Of a DNA stretch of 64,000 bases, positions 1 to 12,215 are shown piece by piece. Source of the DNA: the human T2T-CHM13v2.0 reference genome, Homo sapiens. Under the pieces are notes generated by a model. The model saw nothing but the letters and a program-made list of their open reading frames with translations, was not told the DNA's origin and searched no databases. Both the position numbers and the translations under genes were made by a program. Each line of letters begins with the position of its first letter. Within the stretch, counting starts at the first letter, position 1. The stretch is from NCBI RefSeq assembly GCF_009914755.1, contig NC_060932.1. One strand, given 5' to 3'.

Positions 1-277
1 TGGTGTCTGCATTCAAGTCACAGAATTGAACTTCCCCTCACATAGAGCAGTTGTGCAGCACTCTATTTGTAGTATCTGGAAGTGGACATTTGGAGGGCTT
101 TGTAGCCTATCTGGAAAAAGGAAATATCTTCCCATGAATGCGAGATAGAAGTAATCTCAGAAACATGTTTATGCTGTATCTACTCAACTAACTGTGCTGA
201 ACATTTCTATTGATAGAGCAGTTTTGAGACCCTCTTCTTTTGGAATCTGCAAGTGGATATTTGGATAGATTTGAGGA

Positions 278-294
278 TTTCGTTGGAAACGGGA
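278..294 (+). promoter_or_regulatory. CENP-B box, monomer A (recurs in every HOR unit)
   Basis: TTTCGTTGGAAACGGGA matches the 17-bp NTTCGNNNNANNCGGGN consensus. Confidence 0.95.
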
Positions 295-615
295 TTATAT
301 ATAAAAAGTAGACAGCAGCATTCTCAGAAACTTCTTTGTGATGTTTGCATCCAGCTCTCAGAGTTGAACATTCCCTTTCATAGAGTAGGTTTGAAACCCT
401 CTTTTTATAGTGTCTGGAAGCGGGCATTTGGAGCGCTTTCAGGCCTATGCTGAAAAAGGAGATATCTACCTATAGAAACTAGACAGAAGCATTCTGAGAA
501 TCACGTTTGTGATGTGGGTACTCAACTAACAGTGTTGATCCATTCTTTTGATACAGCAGTTTTGAACCACACTTTTTGTAGAATCTGCAAGTGGATATTT
601 GGATAGCTGTGAGGA

Positions 616-632
616 TTTCGTTGGAAACGGGA
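616..632 (+). promoter_or_regulatory. CENP-B box, monomer C (recurs in 7- and 11-mers; retained in the C/F hybrid of 8-mers, e.g. 3003-3019)
   Basis: TTTCGTTGGAAACGGGA. Confidence 0.95.
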
Positions 633-786
633 ATGTCTTCATAGAAAATTTAGACAGAAGCATTCTCAGAACCTTGATTGTGATGTGTGTTCTCCACTAA
701 CAGAGTTGAACCTTTCTTTTGACAGAACTGTTCTGAAACATTCTTTTTATAGAATCTGGAAGTGGATATTTGGAAAGCTTTGAGGA

Positions 787-803
787 TTTCGTTGGAAACG
801 GGA
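787..803 (+). promoter_or_regulatory. CENP-B box, monomer D (7- and 11-mers only), 171 bp after the monomer C box
   Basis: TTTCGTTGGAAACGGGA. Confidence 0.95.
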
Positions 804-1128
804 ATATCTTCAAATAAAATCTAGCCAGAAGCATTCTAAGAAACATCTTAGGGATGTTTACATTCAAGTCACAGAGTTGAACATTCCCTTTCACAGAGCA
901 GGTTTGAAACAATCTTCTCGTACTATCTGGCAGTGGACATTTTGAGCTCTTTGGGGCCTATGCTGAAAAAGGAAATATCTTCCGACAAAAACTAGACAGA
1001 AGCATTCGCAGAATCACGTTTGTGATGTGTGCACTCAACTGTCAGAATTGAACCTTGGTTTGGAGAGAGCACTTTTGAAACACTCTTTTTGTAGAATCTG
1101 CAGGTGGATATTTGGCTAGCTTTGAGGA

Positions 1129-1145
1129 TTTCGTTGGAAACGGTA
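1129..1145 (+). promoter_or_regulatory. Degenerate CENP-B box, monomer F (fixed CGGG>CGGT in all 7- and 11-mers)
   Basis: TTTCGTTGGAAACGGTA changes one of the nine core bases, so it is predicted to bind poorly or not at all. Confidence 0.85.
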
Positions 1146-2537
1146 ATGTCTTCAAAGAAAATCTAGACAGAAGCATTCTCAGAAACACCTTCGTGATGTT
1201 TGCAATCAAGTCACAGAGTTGAACCTTCCGTTTCATAGAGCAGGTTGGAAACACACTTTTTGTAGTATCTGGAAGTGGACATTTGGAGGGCTTTGTAGCC
1301 TATCTGGAAAAAGGAAATATCTTCCCATGAATGCGAGATAGAAGTAATCTCAGAAACATGTTTATGCTGTATCTACTCAACTAACTGTGCTGAACATTTC
1401 TATTGATAGAGCAGTTTTGAGACACTCTTCTTTTGGAATCTGCAAGTGGATATTTGGATAGATTTGAGGATTTCGTTGGAAACGGGATTATATATAAAAA
1501 GTAGACAGCAGCATTCTCAGAAACTTCTTTGTGATGTTTGCATCTAGCTCCCAGAGTTGAACATTCCCTTTCATAGAGTAGGTTTGAAACCCTCTTTTTA
1601 TAGTGTCTGGAAGCGGGCATTTGGAGCGCTTTCAGGCCTATGCTGAAAAAGGAAATATCTACCTATAGAAACTAGACAGAAGCATTCTGAGAATCACGTT
1701 TGTGATGTGGGTACTCAACTAACAGTGTTGATCCATTCTTTTGATACAGCAGTTTTGAACCACACTTTTTGTAGAATCTGCAAGTGGATATTTGGATAGC
1801 TGTGAGGATTTCGTTGGAAACGGGAATGTCTTCATAGAAAATTTAGACAGAAGCATTCTCAGAACCTTGATTGTGATGTGTGTTCTCCACTAACAGAGTT
1901 GAACCTTTCTTTTGACAGAACTGTTCTGAAACATTCTTTTTATAGAATCTGGAAGTGGATATTTGGAAAGCTTTGAGGATTTCGTTGGAAACGGGAATAT
2001 CTTCAAATCAAATCTAGCCAGAAGCATTCTAAGAAACAGCTTAGGGATGTTTACATTCAAGTCACAGAGTTGAACATTCCCTTTCACAGAGCAGGTTTGA
2101 AACAATCTTCTCGTACTATCTGGCAGTGGACATTTTGAGCTCCTTGGGGCCTATGCTGAAAAAGGAAATATCTTCCGACAAAAACTAGACAGAAGCATTC
2201 GCAGAATCACGTTTGTGATGTGTGCACTCAACTGTCAGAATTGAACCTTGGTTTGGAGAGAGCACTTTTGAAGCACTCTTTTTGTAGAATCTGCAGGTGG
2301 ATATTTGGCTAGCTTTGAGGATTTCGTTGGAAACGGTAATGTCTTCAAAGAAAATCTAGACAGAAGCATTCTCAGAAACACCTTCGTGATGTTTGCAATC
2401 AAGTCACAGAGTTGAACCTTCCGTTTCATAGAGCAGGTTGGAAACACTCTTTTTGTAGTATCTGGAAGTGGACATTTGGAGGGCTTTGTAGCCTATCTGG
2501 AAAAAGGAAATATCTTCCCATGAATGCGAGATAGAAG

Positions 2538-3893
2538 TAATCTCAGAAACATGTTTATGCTGTATCTACTCAACTAACTGTGCTGAACATTTCTATTGAT
2601 AGAGCAGTTTTGAGACACTCTTCTTTTGGAATCTGCAAGTGGATATTTGGATAGATTTGAGGATTTCGTTGGAAACGGGATTATATATCAAAAGTAGACA
2701 GCAGCATTCTCAGAAACTTCTTTGTGATGTTTGCATCCAGCTCTCAGAGTTGAACATTCCCTTTCATAGAGTAGGTTTGAAACCCTCTTTTTATAGTGTC
2801 TGGAAGCGGGCATTTGGAGCGCTTTCAGGCCTATGCTTAAAATAGGAAATATCTACCTACAGAAACTAGACAGAAGCATTCTGAGAATCACGTTTGTGAT
2901 GTGGGTACTCAACTAACAGTGTTGATCCATTCTTTTGATACAGCAGTTTTGAACCACACTTTTTGTAGAATCTGCAAGAGGATATTTGGATAGCTGTGAG
3001 GATTTCGTTGGAAACGGGAATGTCTTCAAAGAAAATCTAGACAGAAGCATTCTCAGAAACACCTTCGTGATGTTTGCAATCAAGTCACAGAGTTGAACCT
3101 TCCGTTTCATAGAGCAGGTTGGAAACACTCTTATTGTAGTATCTGGAAGTGGACATTTGGAGCGCTTTCAGGCCTATGGTGAAAAAGGAAATATCTTCCC
3201 ATAAAAACGACATAGAAGCTATCTCAGGAACTTGTTTATGATGCATCTAATCAACCAACAGTGTTGAACCTTTGTACTGACAGAGCACTTTGAAACACTC
3301 TTTTTTTGGAATCTGCATGTGGATATTTGGATCGCTTTGAGGATTTCGTTGGAAACGGGATGCAATATAAAACGTACACAGCAGCATACTCAGAAAATAC
3401 TTTGCCATATTTCCATTCAAGTCACAGAGTGGAACATTCCCATTCATAGAGCAGGTTGGAAACACTCTTTTTGGAGTATCTGGAAGTGGACATTTGGAGC
3501 GCTTTCTGAACTATGGTGAAAAAGGAAATATCTTCCAATGAAAACAAGACAGAAGCATTCTGAGAAACTTATTTGTGATGTGTGTCCTCAACAAACGGAC
3601 TTGAACCTTTCGTTTCATGCAGTACTTCTGGAACACTCTTTTTGAAGATTCTGCATGCGGATATTTGGATAGCTTTGAGGATTTCGTTGGAAACGGGCTT
3701 ACATGTAAAAATTAGACAGCAGCATTCTCAGAAACTTCTTTGTGGTGTCTGCATTCAAGTCACAGAATTGAACTTCCCCTCACATAGAGCAGTTGTGCAG
3801 CACTCTATTTGTAGTATCTGGAAGTGGACATTTGGAGGGCTTTGTAGCCTATCTGGAAAAAGGAAATATCTTCCCATGAATGCGAGATAGAAG
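2538..3893 (+). repeat. Representative 8-mer HOR (1356 bp): monomers A-B-C/F hybrid-G-H-I-J-K; 19 copies in window
   Basis: Anchor spacing 1356 bp (e.g. 3930->5286->6642->7998). Lacks monomers D and E and has a C/F hybrid (GCTGTGAGG...CGGGAATGTCTTCAAAGAAAATCT). Confidence 0.95.
3682..3698 (+). promoter_or_regulatory. CENP-B box, monomer J (8- and 11-mers); monomer H also carries an intact box
   Basis: TTTCGTTGGAAACGGGC keeps all core bases; only the unconstrained last position differs. Confidence 0.9.
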
Positions 3894-6800
3894 TAATCTC
3901 AGAAACATGTTTATGCTGTATCTACTCAACTAACTGTGCTGAACATTTCTATTGATAGAGCAGTTTTGAGACACTCTTCTTTTGGAATCTGCAAGTGGAT
4001 ATTTGGATAGATTTGAGGATTTCGTTGGAAACGGGATTATATATAAAAAGTAGACAGCAGCATTCTCAGAAACTTCTTTGTGATGTTTGCATATAGCTCT
4101 CAGAGTTGAACACTCCCTTTCATAGAGTAGGTTTGAAACCCTCTTTTTATAGTGTCTGGAAGCGGGCATTTTGAGCGCTTTCAGGCCTATGCTTAAAATA
4201 GGAAATATCTACCTATAGAAACTAGACAGAAGCATTCTGAGAATCACGTTTGTGATGTGGGTACTCAACTAACAGTGTTGATCCATTCTTTTGATACAGC
4301 AGTTTTGAACCACACTTTTTGTAGAATCTGCAAGAGGATATTTGGATAGCTGTGAGGATTTCGTTGGAAACGGGAATGTCTTCAAAGAAAATCTAGACAG
4401 AAGCATTCTCAGAAACACCTTCGTGATGTTTGCAATCAAGTCACAGAGTTGAACCTTCCGTTTCATACAGCAGGTTGGAAACACTCTTATTGTAGTATCT
4501 GGAAGGGGACATTTGGAGCGCTTTCAGGCCTATGGTGAAAAAGGAAATATCTTCCCATAAAAACGACATAGAAGCTGTCTCAGGAACTTGTTTATGATGC
4601 ATCTAATCAACTAACAGTGTTGAACCTTTGTACTGACAGAGCAGTTTGAAACACTCTTTTTTTGGAATCTGCAAGTGGATATTTGGATCGCTTTGAGGAT
4701 TTCGTTGGAAACGGGATGCAATATAAAACGTACACAGCAGCATACTCAGAAAATACTTTGCCATATTTCCATTCAAGTCACAGAGTGGAACATTCCCATT
4801 CATAGAGCAGGTTTGAAACACTCTTTTTGGAGTATCTGGAAGTGGACATTTGGAGCGCTTTCTGAACTATGGTGAAAAAGGAAATATCTTCCAATGAAAA
4901 CAAGACAGAAGCATTCTGAGAAACTTATTTGTGATGTGTGTCCTCAACAAACGGACTTGAACCTTTCGTTTCATGCAGTACTTCTGGAACACTCTTTTTG
5001 AAGATTCTGCATGCGGATATTTGGATAGCTTTGAGGATTTCGTTGGAAACGGGCTTACATGTAAAAATTAGACAGCAGCATTCTCAGAAACTTCTTTGTG
5101 GTGTCTGCATTCAAGTCACAGAATTGAACTTCCCCTCACATAGAGCAGTTGTGCAGCACTCTATTTGTAGTATCTGGAAGTGGACATTTGGAGGGCTTTG
5201 TAGCCTATCTGGAAAAAGGAAATATCTTCCCATGAATGCGAGATAGAAGTAATCTGAGAAACATGTTTATGCTGTATCTACTCAACTAACTGTGCTGAAC
5301 ATTTCTATTGATAGAGCAGTTTTGAGACACTCTTCTTTTGGAATCTGCAAGTGGATATTTGGATAGATTTGAGGATTTCGTTGGAAACGGGATTATATAT
5401 AAAAAGTAGACAGCAGCATTCTCAGAAACTTCTTTGTGATGTTTGCATCCAGCTCTCAGAGTTGAACATTCCCTTTCATAGAGTAGGTTTGAAACCCTCT
5501 TTTTATAGTGTCTGGAAGCGGGCATTTGGAGCGCTTTCAGGCCTATGCTTAAAATAGGAAATATCTACCTACAGAAACTAGACAGAAGCATTCTGAGAAT
5601 CACGTTTGTGATGTGGGTACTCAACTAACAGTGTTGATCCATTCTTTTGATAAAGCAGTTTTGAACCACACTTTTTGTAGAATCTGCAAGAGGATATTTG
5701 GATAGCTGTGAGGATTTCGTTGGAAACGGGAATGTCTTCAAAGAAAATCTAGACAGAAGCATTCTCAGAAACACCTTCGTGATGTTTGCAATCAAGTCAC
5801 AGAGTTGAACCTTCCGTTTCATAGAGCAGGTTGGAAACACTCTTATTGTAGTATCTGGAAGTGGACATTTGGAGCGCTTTCAGGCCTATGGTGAAAAAGG
5901 AAATATCTTCCCATAAAAACGACATAGAAGCTATCTCAGGAACTTGTTTATGATGCATCTAATCAACTAACAGTGTTGAACCTTTGTACTGACAGAGCAG
6001 TTTGAAACACTCTTTTTTTGGAATCTGCAAGTGGATATTTGGATCACTTTGAGGATTTCGTTGGAAACGGGATGCAATATAAAACGTACACAGCAGCATA
6101 CTCAGAAAATACTTTGCCATGTTTCCATTCAAGTCACAGAGTGGAACATTCCCATTCATAGAGCAGGTTGGAAACACTCTTTTTGGAGTATCTGGAAGTG
6201 GACATTTGGAGCGCTTTCTGAACTATGGTGAAAAAGGAAATATCTTCCAATGAAAACAAGACAGAAGCATTCTGAGAAACTTATTTGTGATGTGTGTCCT
6301 CAACAAACGGACTTGAACCTTTCGTTTCATGCAGTACTTCTGGAACACTCTTTTTGAAGATTCTGCATGCGGATATTTGGATAGCTTTGAGGATTTCGTT
6401 GGAAACGGGCTTACATGTAAAAATTAGACAGCAGCATTCTCAGAAACTTCTTTGTGGTGTCTGCATTCAAGTCACAGAATTGAACTTCCCCTCACATAGA
6501 GCAGTTGTGCAGCACTCTATTTGTAGTATCTGGAAGTGGACATTTGGAGGGCTTTGTAGCCTATCTGGAAAAAGGAAATATCTTCCCATGAATGCGAGAT
6601 AGAAGTAATCTCAGAAACATGTTTATGCTGTATCTACTCAACTAACTGTGCTGAACATTTCTATTGATAGAGCAGTTTTGAGACCCTCTTCTTTTGGAAT
6701 CTGCAAGTGGATATTTGGATAGATTTGAGGATTTCGTTGGAAACGGGATTATATATAAAAAGTAGACAGCAGCATTCTCAGAAACTTCTTTGTGATGTTT

Positions 6801-9154
6801 GCATCCAGCTCTCAGAGTTGAACATTCCCTTTCATAGAGTAGGTTTGAAACCCTCTTTTTATAGTGTCTGGAAGCGGGCATTTGGAGCGCTTTCAGGCCT
6901 ATGCTTAAAATAGGAAATATCTACCTACAGAAACTAGACAGAAGCATTCTGAGAATCACGTTTGTGATGTGGGTACTCAACTAACAGTGTTGATCCATTC
7001 TTTTGATACAGCAGTTTTGAACCACACTTTTTGTAGAATCTGCAAGAGGATATTTGGATAGCTGTGAGGATTTCGTTGGAAACGGTAATGTCTTCAAAGA
7101 AAATCTAGACAGAAGCATTCTCAGAAACACCTTCGTGATGTTTGCAATCAAGTCACAGAGTTGAACCTTCCGTTTCATAGAGCAGGTTGGAAACACTCTT
7201 ATTGTAGTATCTGGAAGTGGACATTTGGAGCGCTTTCAGGCCTATGGTGAAAAAGGAAATATCTTCCCATAAAAACGACATAGAAGCTATCTCAGGAACT
7301 TGTTTATGATGCATCTAATCAACTAACAGTGTTGAACCTTTGTACTGACAGAGCACTTTGAAACACTCTTTTTTTGGAATCTGCAAGTGGATATTTGGAT
7401 CGCTTTGAGGATTTCGTTGGAAACGGGATGCAATATAAAACGTACACAGCAGCATACTCAGAAAATACTTTGCCATATTTCCATTCAAGTCACAGAGTGG
7501 AACATTCCCATTCATAGAGCAGGTTGGAAACACTCTTTTTGGAGTATCTGGAAGTGGACATTTGGAGCGCTTTCTGAACTATGGTGAAAAAGGAAATATC
7601 TTCCAATGAAAACAAGACAGAAGCATTCTGAGAAACTTATTTGTGATGTGTGTCCTCAACAAACGGACTTGAACCTTTCGTTTCATGCAGTACTTCTGGA
7701 ACACTCTTTTTGAAGATTCTGCATGCGGATATTTGGATAGCTTTGAGGATTTCGTTGGAAACGGGCTTACATGTAAAAATTAGACAGCAGCATTCTCAGA
7801 AACTTCTTTGTGGTGTCTGCATTCAAGTCACAGAATTGAACTTCCCCTCACATAGAGCAGTTGTGCAGCACTCTATTTGTAGTATCTGGAAGTGGACATT
7901 TGGAGGGCTTTGTAGCCTATCTGGAAAAAGGAAATATCTTCCCATGAATGCGAGATAGAAGTAATCTCAGAAACATGTTTATGCTGTATCTACTCAACTA
8001 ACTGTGCTGAACATTTCTATTGATAGAGCAGTTTTGAGACACTCTTCTTTTGGAATCTGCAAGTGGATATTTGGATAGATTTGAGGATTTCGTTGGAAAC
8101 GGGATTATATATAAAAAGTAGACAGCAGCATTCTCAGAAACTTCTTTGTGATGTTTGCATCCAGCTCTCAGAGTTGAACATTCCCTTTCATAGAGTAGGT
8201 TTGAAACCCTCTTTTTATAGTGTCTGGAAGCGGGCATTTGGAGCGCTTTCAGGCCTATGCTGAAAAAGGAAATATCTACATATAGAAACTAGACAGAAGC
8301 ATTCTGAGAATCAAGTTTGTGATGTGGGTACTCAACTAACAGTGTTGATCCATTCTTTTGATACAGCAGTTTTGAACCACACTTTTTGTAGAATCTGCAA
8401 GTGGATATTTGGATAGCTGTGAGGATTTCGTTGGAAACGGGAATGTCTTCATAGAAAATTTAGACAGAAGCATTCTCAGAACCTTGATTGTGATGTGTGT
8501 TCTCCACTAACAGAGTTGAACCTTTCTTTTGACAGAACTGTTCTGAAACATTCTTTTTATAGAATCTGGAAGTGGATATTTGGAAAGCTTTGAGGATTTC
8601 GTTGGAAACGGGAATATCTTCAAATAAAATCTAGCCAGAAGCATTCTAAGAAACATCTTAGGGATGTTTACATTCAAGTCACAGAGTTGAACATTCCCTT
8701 TCACAGAGCAGGTTTGAAACAATCTTCTCGTACTATCTGGCAGTGGACATTTTGAGCTCTTTGGGGCCTATGCTGAAAAAGGAAATATCTTCCGACAAAA
8801 ACTAGACAGAAGCATTCGCAGAATCACGTTTGTGATGTGTGCACTCAACTGTCAGAATTGAACCTTGGTTTGGAGAGAGCACTTTTGAAACACACTTTTT
8901 GTAGAATCTGCAGGTGGATATTTGGCTAGCTTTGAGGATTTCGTTGGAAACGGTAATGTCTTCAAAGAAAATCTAGACAGAAGCATTCTCAGAAACACCT
9001 TCGTGATGTTTGCAATCAAGTCACAGAGTTGAACCTTCCGTTTCATAGAGCAGGTTGGAAACACACTTTTTGTAGTATCTGGAAGTGGACATTTGGAGGG
9101 CTTTGTAGCCTATCTGGAAAAAGGAAATATCTTCCCATGAATGCGAGATAGATG

Positions 9155-11022
9155 TAATCTCAGAAACATGTTTATGCTGTATCTACTCAACTAACTGTGC
9201 TGAACATTTCTATTGATAGAGCAGTTTTGAGACACTCTTCTTTTGGAATCTGCAAGTGGATATTTGGATAGATTTGAGGATTTCGTTGGAAACGGGATTA
9301 TATATAAAAAGTAGACAGCAGCATTCTCAGAAACTTCTTTGTGATGTTTGCATCCAGCTCTCAGAGTTGAACATTCCCTTTCATAGAGTAGGTTTGAAAC
9401 CCTCTTTTTATAGTGTCTGGAAGCGGGCATTTGGAGCGCTTTCAGGCCTATGCTGAAAAAGGAAATATCTACCTATAGAAACTAGACAGAAGCATTCTGA
9501 GAATCACGTTTGTGATGTGGGTACTCAACTAACAGTGTTGATCCATTCTTTTGATACAGCAGTTTTGAACCACACTTTTTGTAGAATCTGCAAGTGGATA
9601 TTTGGATAGCTGTGAGGATTTCGTTGGAAACGGGAATGTCTTCATAGAAAATTTAGACAGAAGCATTCTCAGAACCTTGATTGTGATGTGTGTTCTCCAC
9701 TAACAGAGTTGAACCTTTCTTTTGACAGAACTGTTCTGAAACATTCTTTTTATAGAATCTGGAAGTGGATATTTGGAAAGCTTTGAGGATTTCGTTGGAA
9801 ACGGGAATATCTTCAAATCAAATCTAGCCAGAAGCATTCTAAGAAACAGCTTAGGGATGTTTACATTCAAGTCACAGAGTTGAACATTCCCTTTCACAGA
9901 GCAGGTTTGAAACAATCTTCTCGTACTATCTGGCAGTGGACATTTTGAGCTCCTTGGGGCCTATGCTGAAAAAGGAAATATCTTCCGACAAAAACTAGAC
10001 AGAAGCATTCGCAGAATCACGTTTGTGATGTGTGCACTCAACTGTCAGAATTGAACCTTGGTTTGGACAGAGCACTTTTGAAACACTCTTTTTGTAGAAT
10101 CTGCAGGTGGATATTTGGCTAGCTTTGAGGATTTCGTTGGAAACGGTAATGTCTTCAAAGAAAATCTAGACAGAAGCATTCTCAGAAACACCTTCGTGAT
10201 GTTTGCAATCAAGTCACAGAGTTGAACCTTCCGTTTCATAGAGCAGGTTGGAAACACTCTTTTTGTAGTATCTGGAAGTGGACATTTGGAGTGCTTTCAG
10301 GCCTATGGTGAAAAAGGAAATATCTTCCCATAAAAACGACATAGAAGCTATCTCAGGAACTTGTTTATGATGCATCTAATCAACTAACAGTGTTGAACCT
10401 TTGTACTGACAGAGCAGTTTGAAACACTCTTTTTTTGGAATCTGCAAGTGGATATTTGGATCGCTTTGAGGATTTCGTTGGAAACGGGATGCAATATAAA
10501 ACGTACACAGCAGCATACTCAGAAAATACTTTGCCATATTTCCATTCAAGTCACAGAGTGGAACATTCCCATTCATAGAGCAGGTTGGAAACACTCTTTT
10601 TGGAGTATCTGGAAGTGGACATTTGGAGCGCTTTCTGAACTATGGTGAAAAAGGAAATATCTTCCAATGAAAACAAGACAGAAGCATTCTGAGAAACTTA
10701 TTTGTGATGTGTGTCCTCAACAAACGGACTTGAACCTTTCGTTTCATGCAGTACTTCTGGAACACTCTTTTTGAAGATTCTGCATGCGGATATTTGGATA
10801 GCTTTGAGGATTTCGTTGGAAACGGGCTTACATGTAAAAATTAGACAGCAGCATTCTCAGAAACTTCTTTGTGGTGTCTGCATTCAAGTCACAGAATTGA
10901 ACTTCCCCTCACATAGAGCAGTTGTGCAGCACTATATTTGTAGTATCTGGAAGTGGACATTTGGAGGGCTTTGTAGCCTATCTGGAAAAAGGAAATATCT
11001 TCCCATGAATGCGAGATAGAAG
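9155..11022 (+). repeat. Full-length 11-mer HOR (1868 bp), monomers A-K
   Basis: Anchor spacing 9191->11059 = 1868. Contains all eleven monomer types in order. Confidence 0.95.
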
Positions 11023-12215
11023 TAATCTCAGAAACATGTTTATGCTGTATCTACTCAACTAACTGTGCTGAACATTTCTATTGATAGAGCAGTTTTGAGA
11101 CCCTCTTCTTTTGGAATCTGCAAGTGGATATTTGGATAGATTTGAGGATTTCGTTGGAAACGGGATTATATATAAAAAGTAGACAGCAGCATTCTCAGAA
11201 ACTTCTTTGTGATGTTTGCATCCAGCTCTCAGAGTTGAACATTCCCTTTCATAGAGTAGGTTTGAAACCCTCTTTTTATAGTGTCTGGAAGCGGGCATTT
11301 GGAGCGCTTTCAGGCCTATGCTGAAAAAGGAAATATCTACATATAGAAACTAGACAGAAGCATTCTGAGAATCAAGTTTGTGATGTGGGTACTCAACTAA
11401 CAGTGTTGATCCATTCTTTTGATACAGCAGTTTTGAACCACACTTTTTGTAGAATCTGCAAGTGGATATTTGGATAGCTGTGAGGATTTCGTTGGAAACG
11501 GGAATGTCTTCATAGAAAATTTAGACAGAAGCATTCTCAGAACCTTGATTGTGATGTGTGTTCTCCACTAACAGAGTTGAACCTTTCTTTTGACAGAACT
11601 GTTCTGAAACATTCTTTTTATAGAATCTGGAAGTGGATATTTGGAAAGCTTTGAGGATTTCGTTGGAAACGGGAATATCTTCAAATAAAATCTAGCCAGA
11701 AGCATTCTAAGAAACATCTTAGGGATGTTTACATTCAAGTCACAGAGTTGAACATTCCCTTTCACAGAGCAGGTTTGAAACAATCTTCTCGTACTATCTG
11801 GCAGTGGACATTTTGAGCTCTTTGGGGCCTATGCTGAAAAAGGAAATATCTTCCGACAAAAACTAGTCAGAAGCATTCGCAGAATCACGTTTGTGATGTG
11901 TGCACTCAACTGTCAGAAGTGAACCTTGGTTTGGAGAGAGCACTTTTGAAACACACTTTTTGTAGAATCTGCAGGTGGATATTTGGCTAGCTTTGAGGAT
12001 TTCGTTGGAAACGGTAATGTCTTCAAAGAAAATCTAGACAGAAGCATTCTCAGAAACACCTTCGTGATGTTTGCAATCAAGTCACAGAGTTGAACCTTCC
12101 GTTTCATAGAGCAGGTTGGAAACACACTTTTTGTAGTATCTGGAAGTGGACATTTGGAGGGCTTTGTAGCCTATCTGGAAAAAGGAAATATCTTCCCATG
12201 AATGCGAGATAGATG

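Larger units (their letters stand above)
152..1344 (+). repeat. Representative 7-mer HOR (1193 bp): monomers A-B-C-D-E-F-G/K hybrid; 24 copies in window
   Basis: Monomer starts at 152, 319, 490, 661, 832, 1003, 1174 (167 + 6x171 = 1193 bp). Anchor ORF spacing 188->1381 = 1193. Confidence 0.95.
2538..7961 (+). repeat. Run of four tandem 8-mer HORs (repeated at 30246-35669 and 54211-59634)
   Basis: Four consecutive 1356-bp anchor intervals in each of the three places. Confidence 0.93.

Noticed and set aside
295-306. TATATAAAA as a TATA-box promoter in monomer A
   Set aside because: It is an AT-rich motif repeated in nearly every HOR with no downstream gene; sequence alone gives no support for promoter function.
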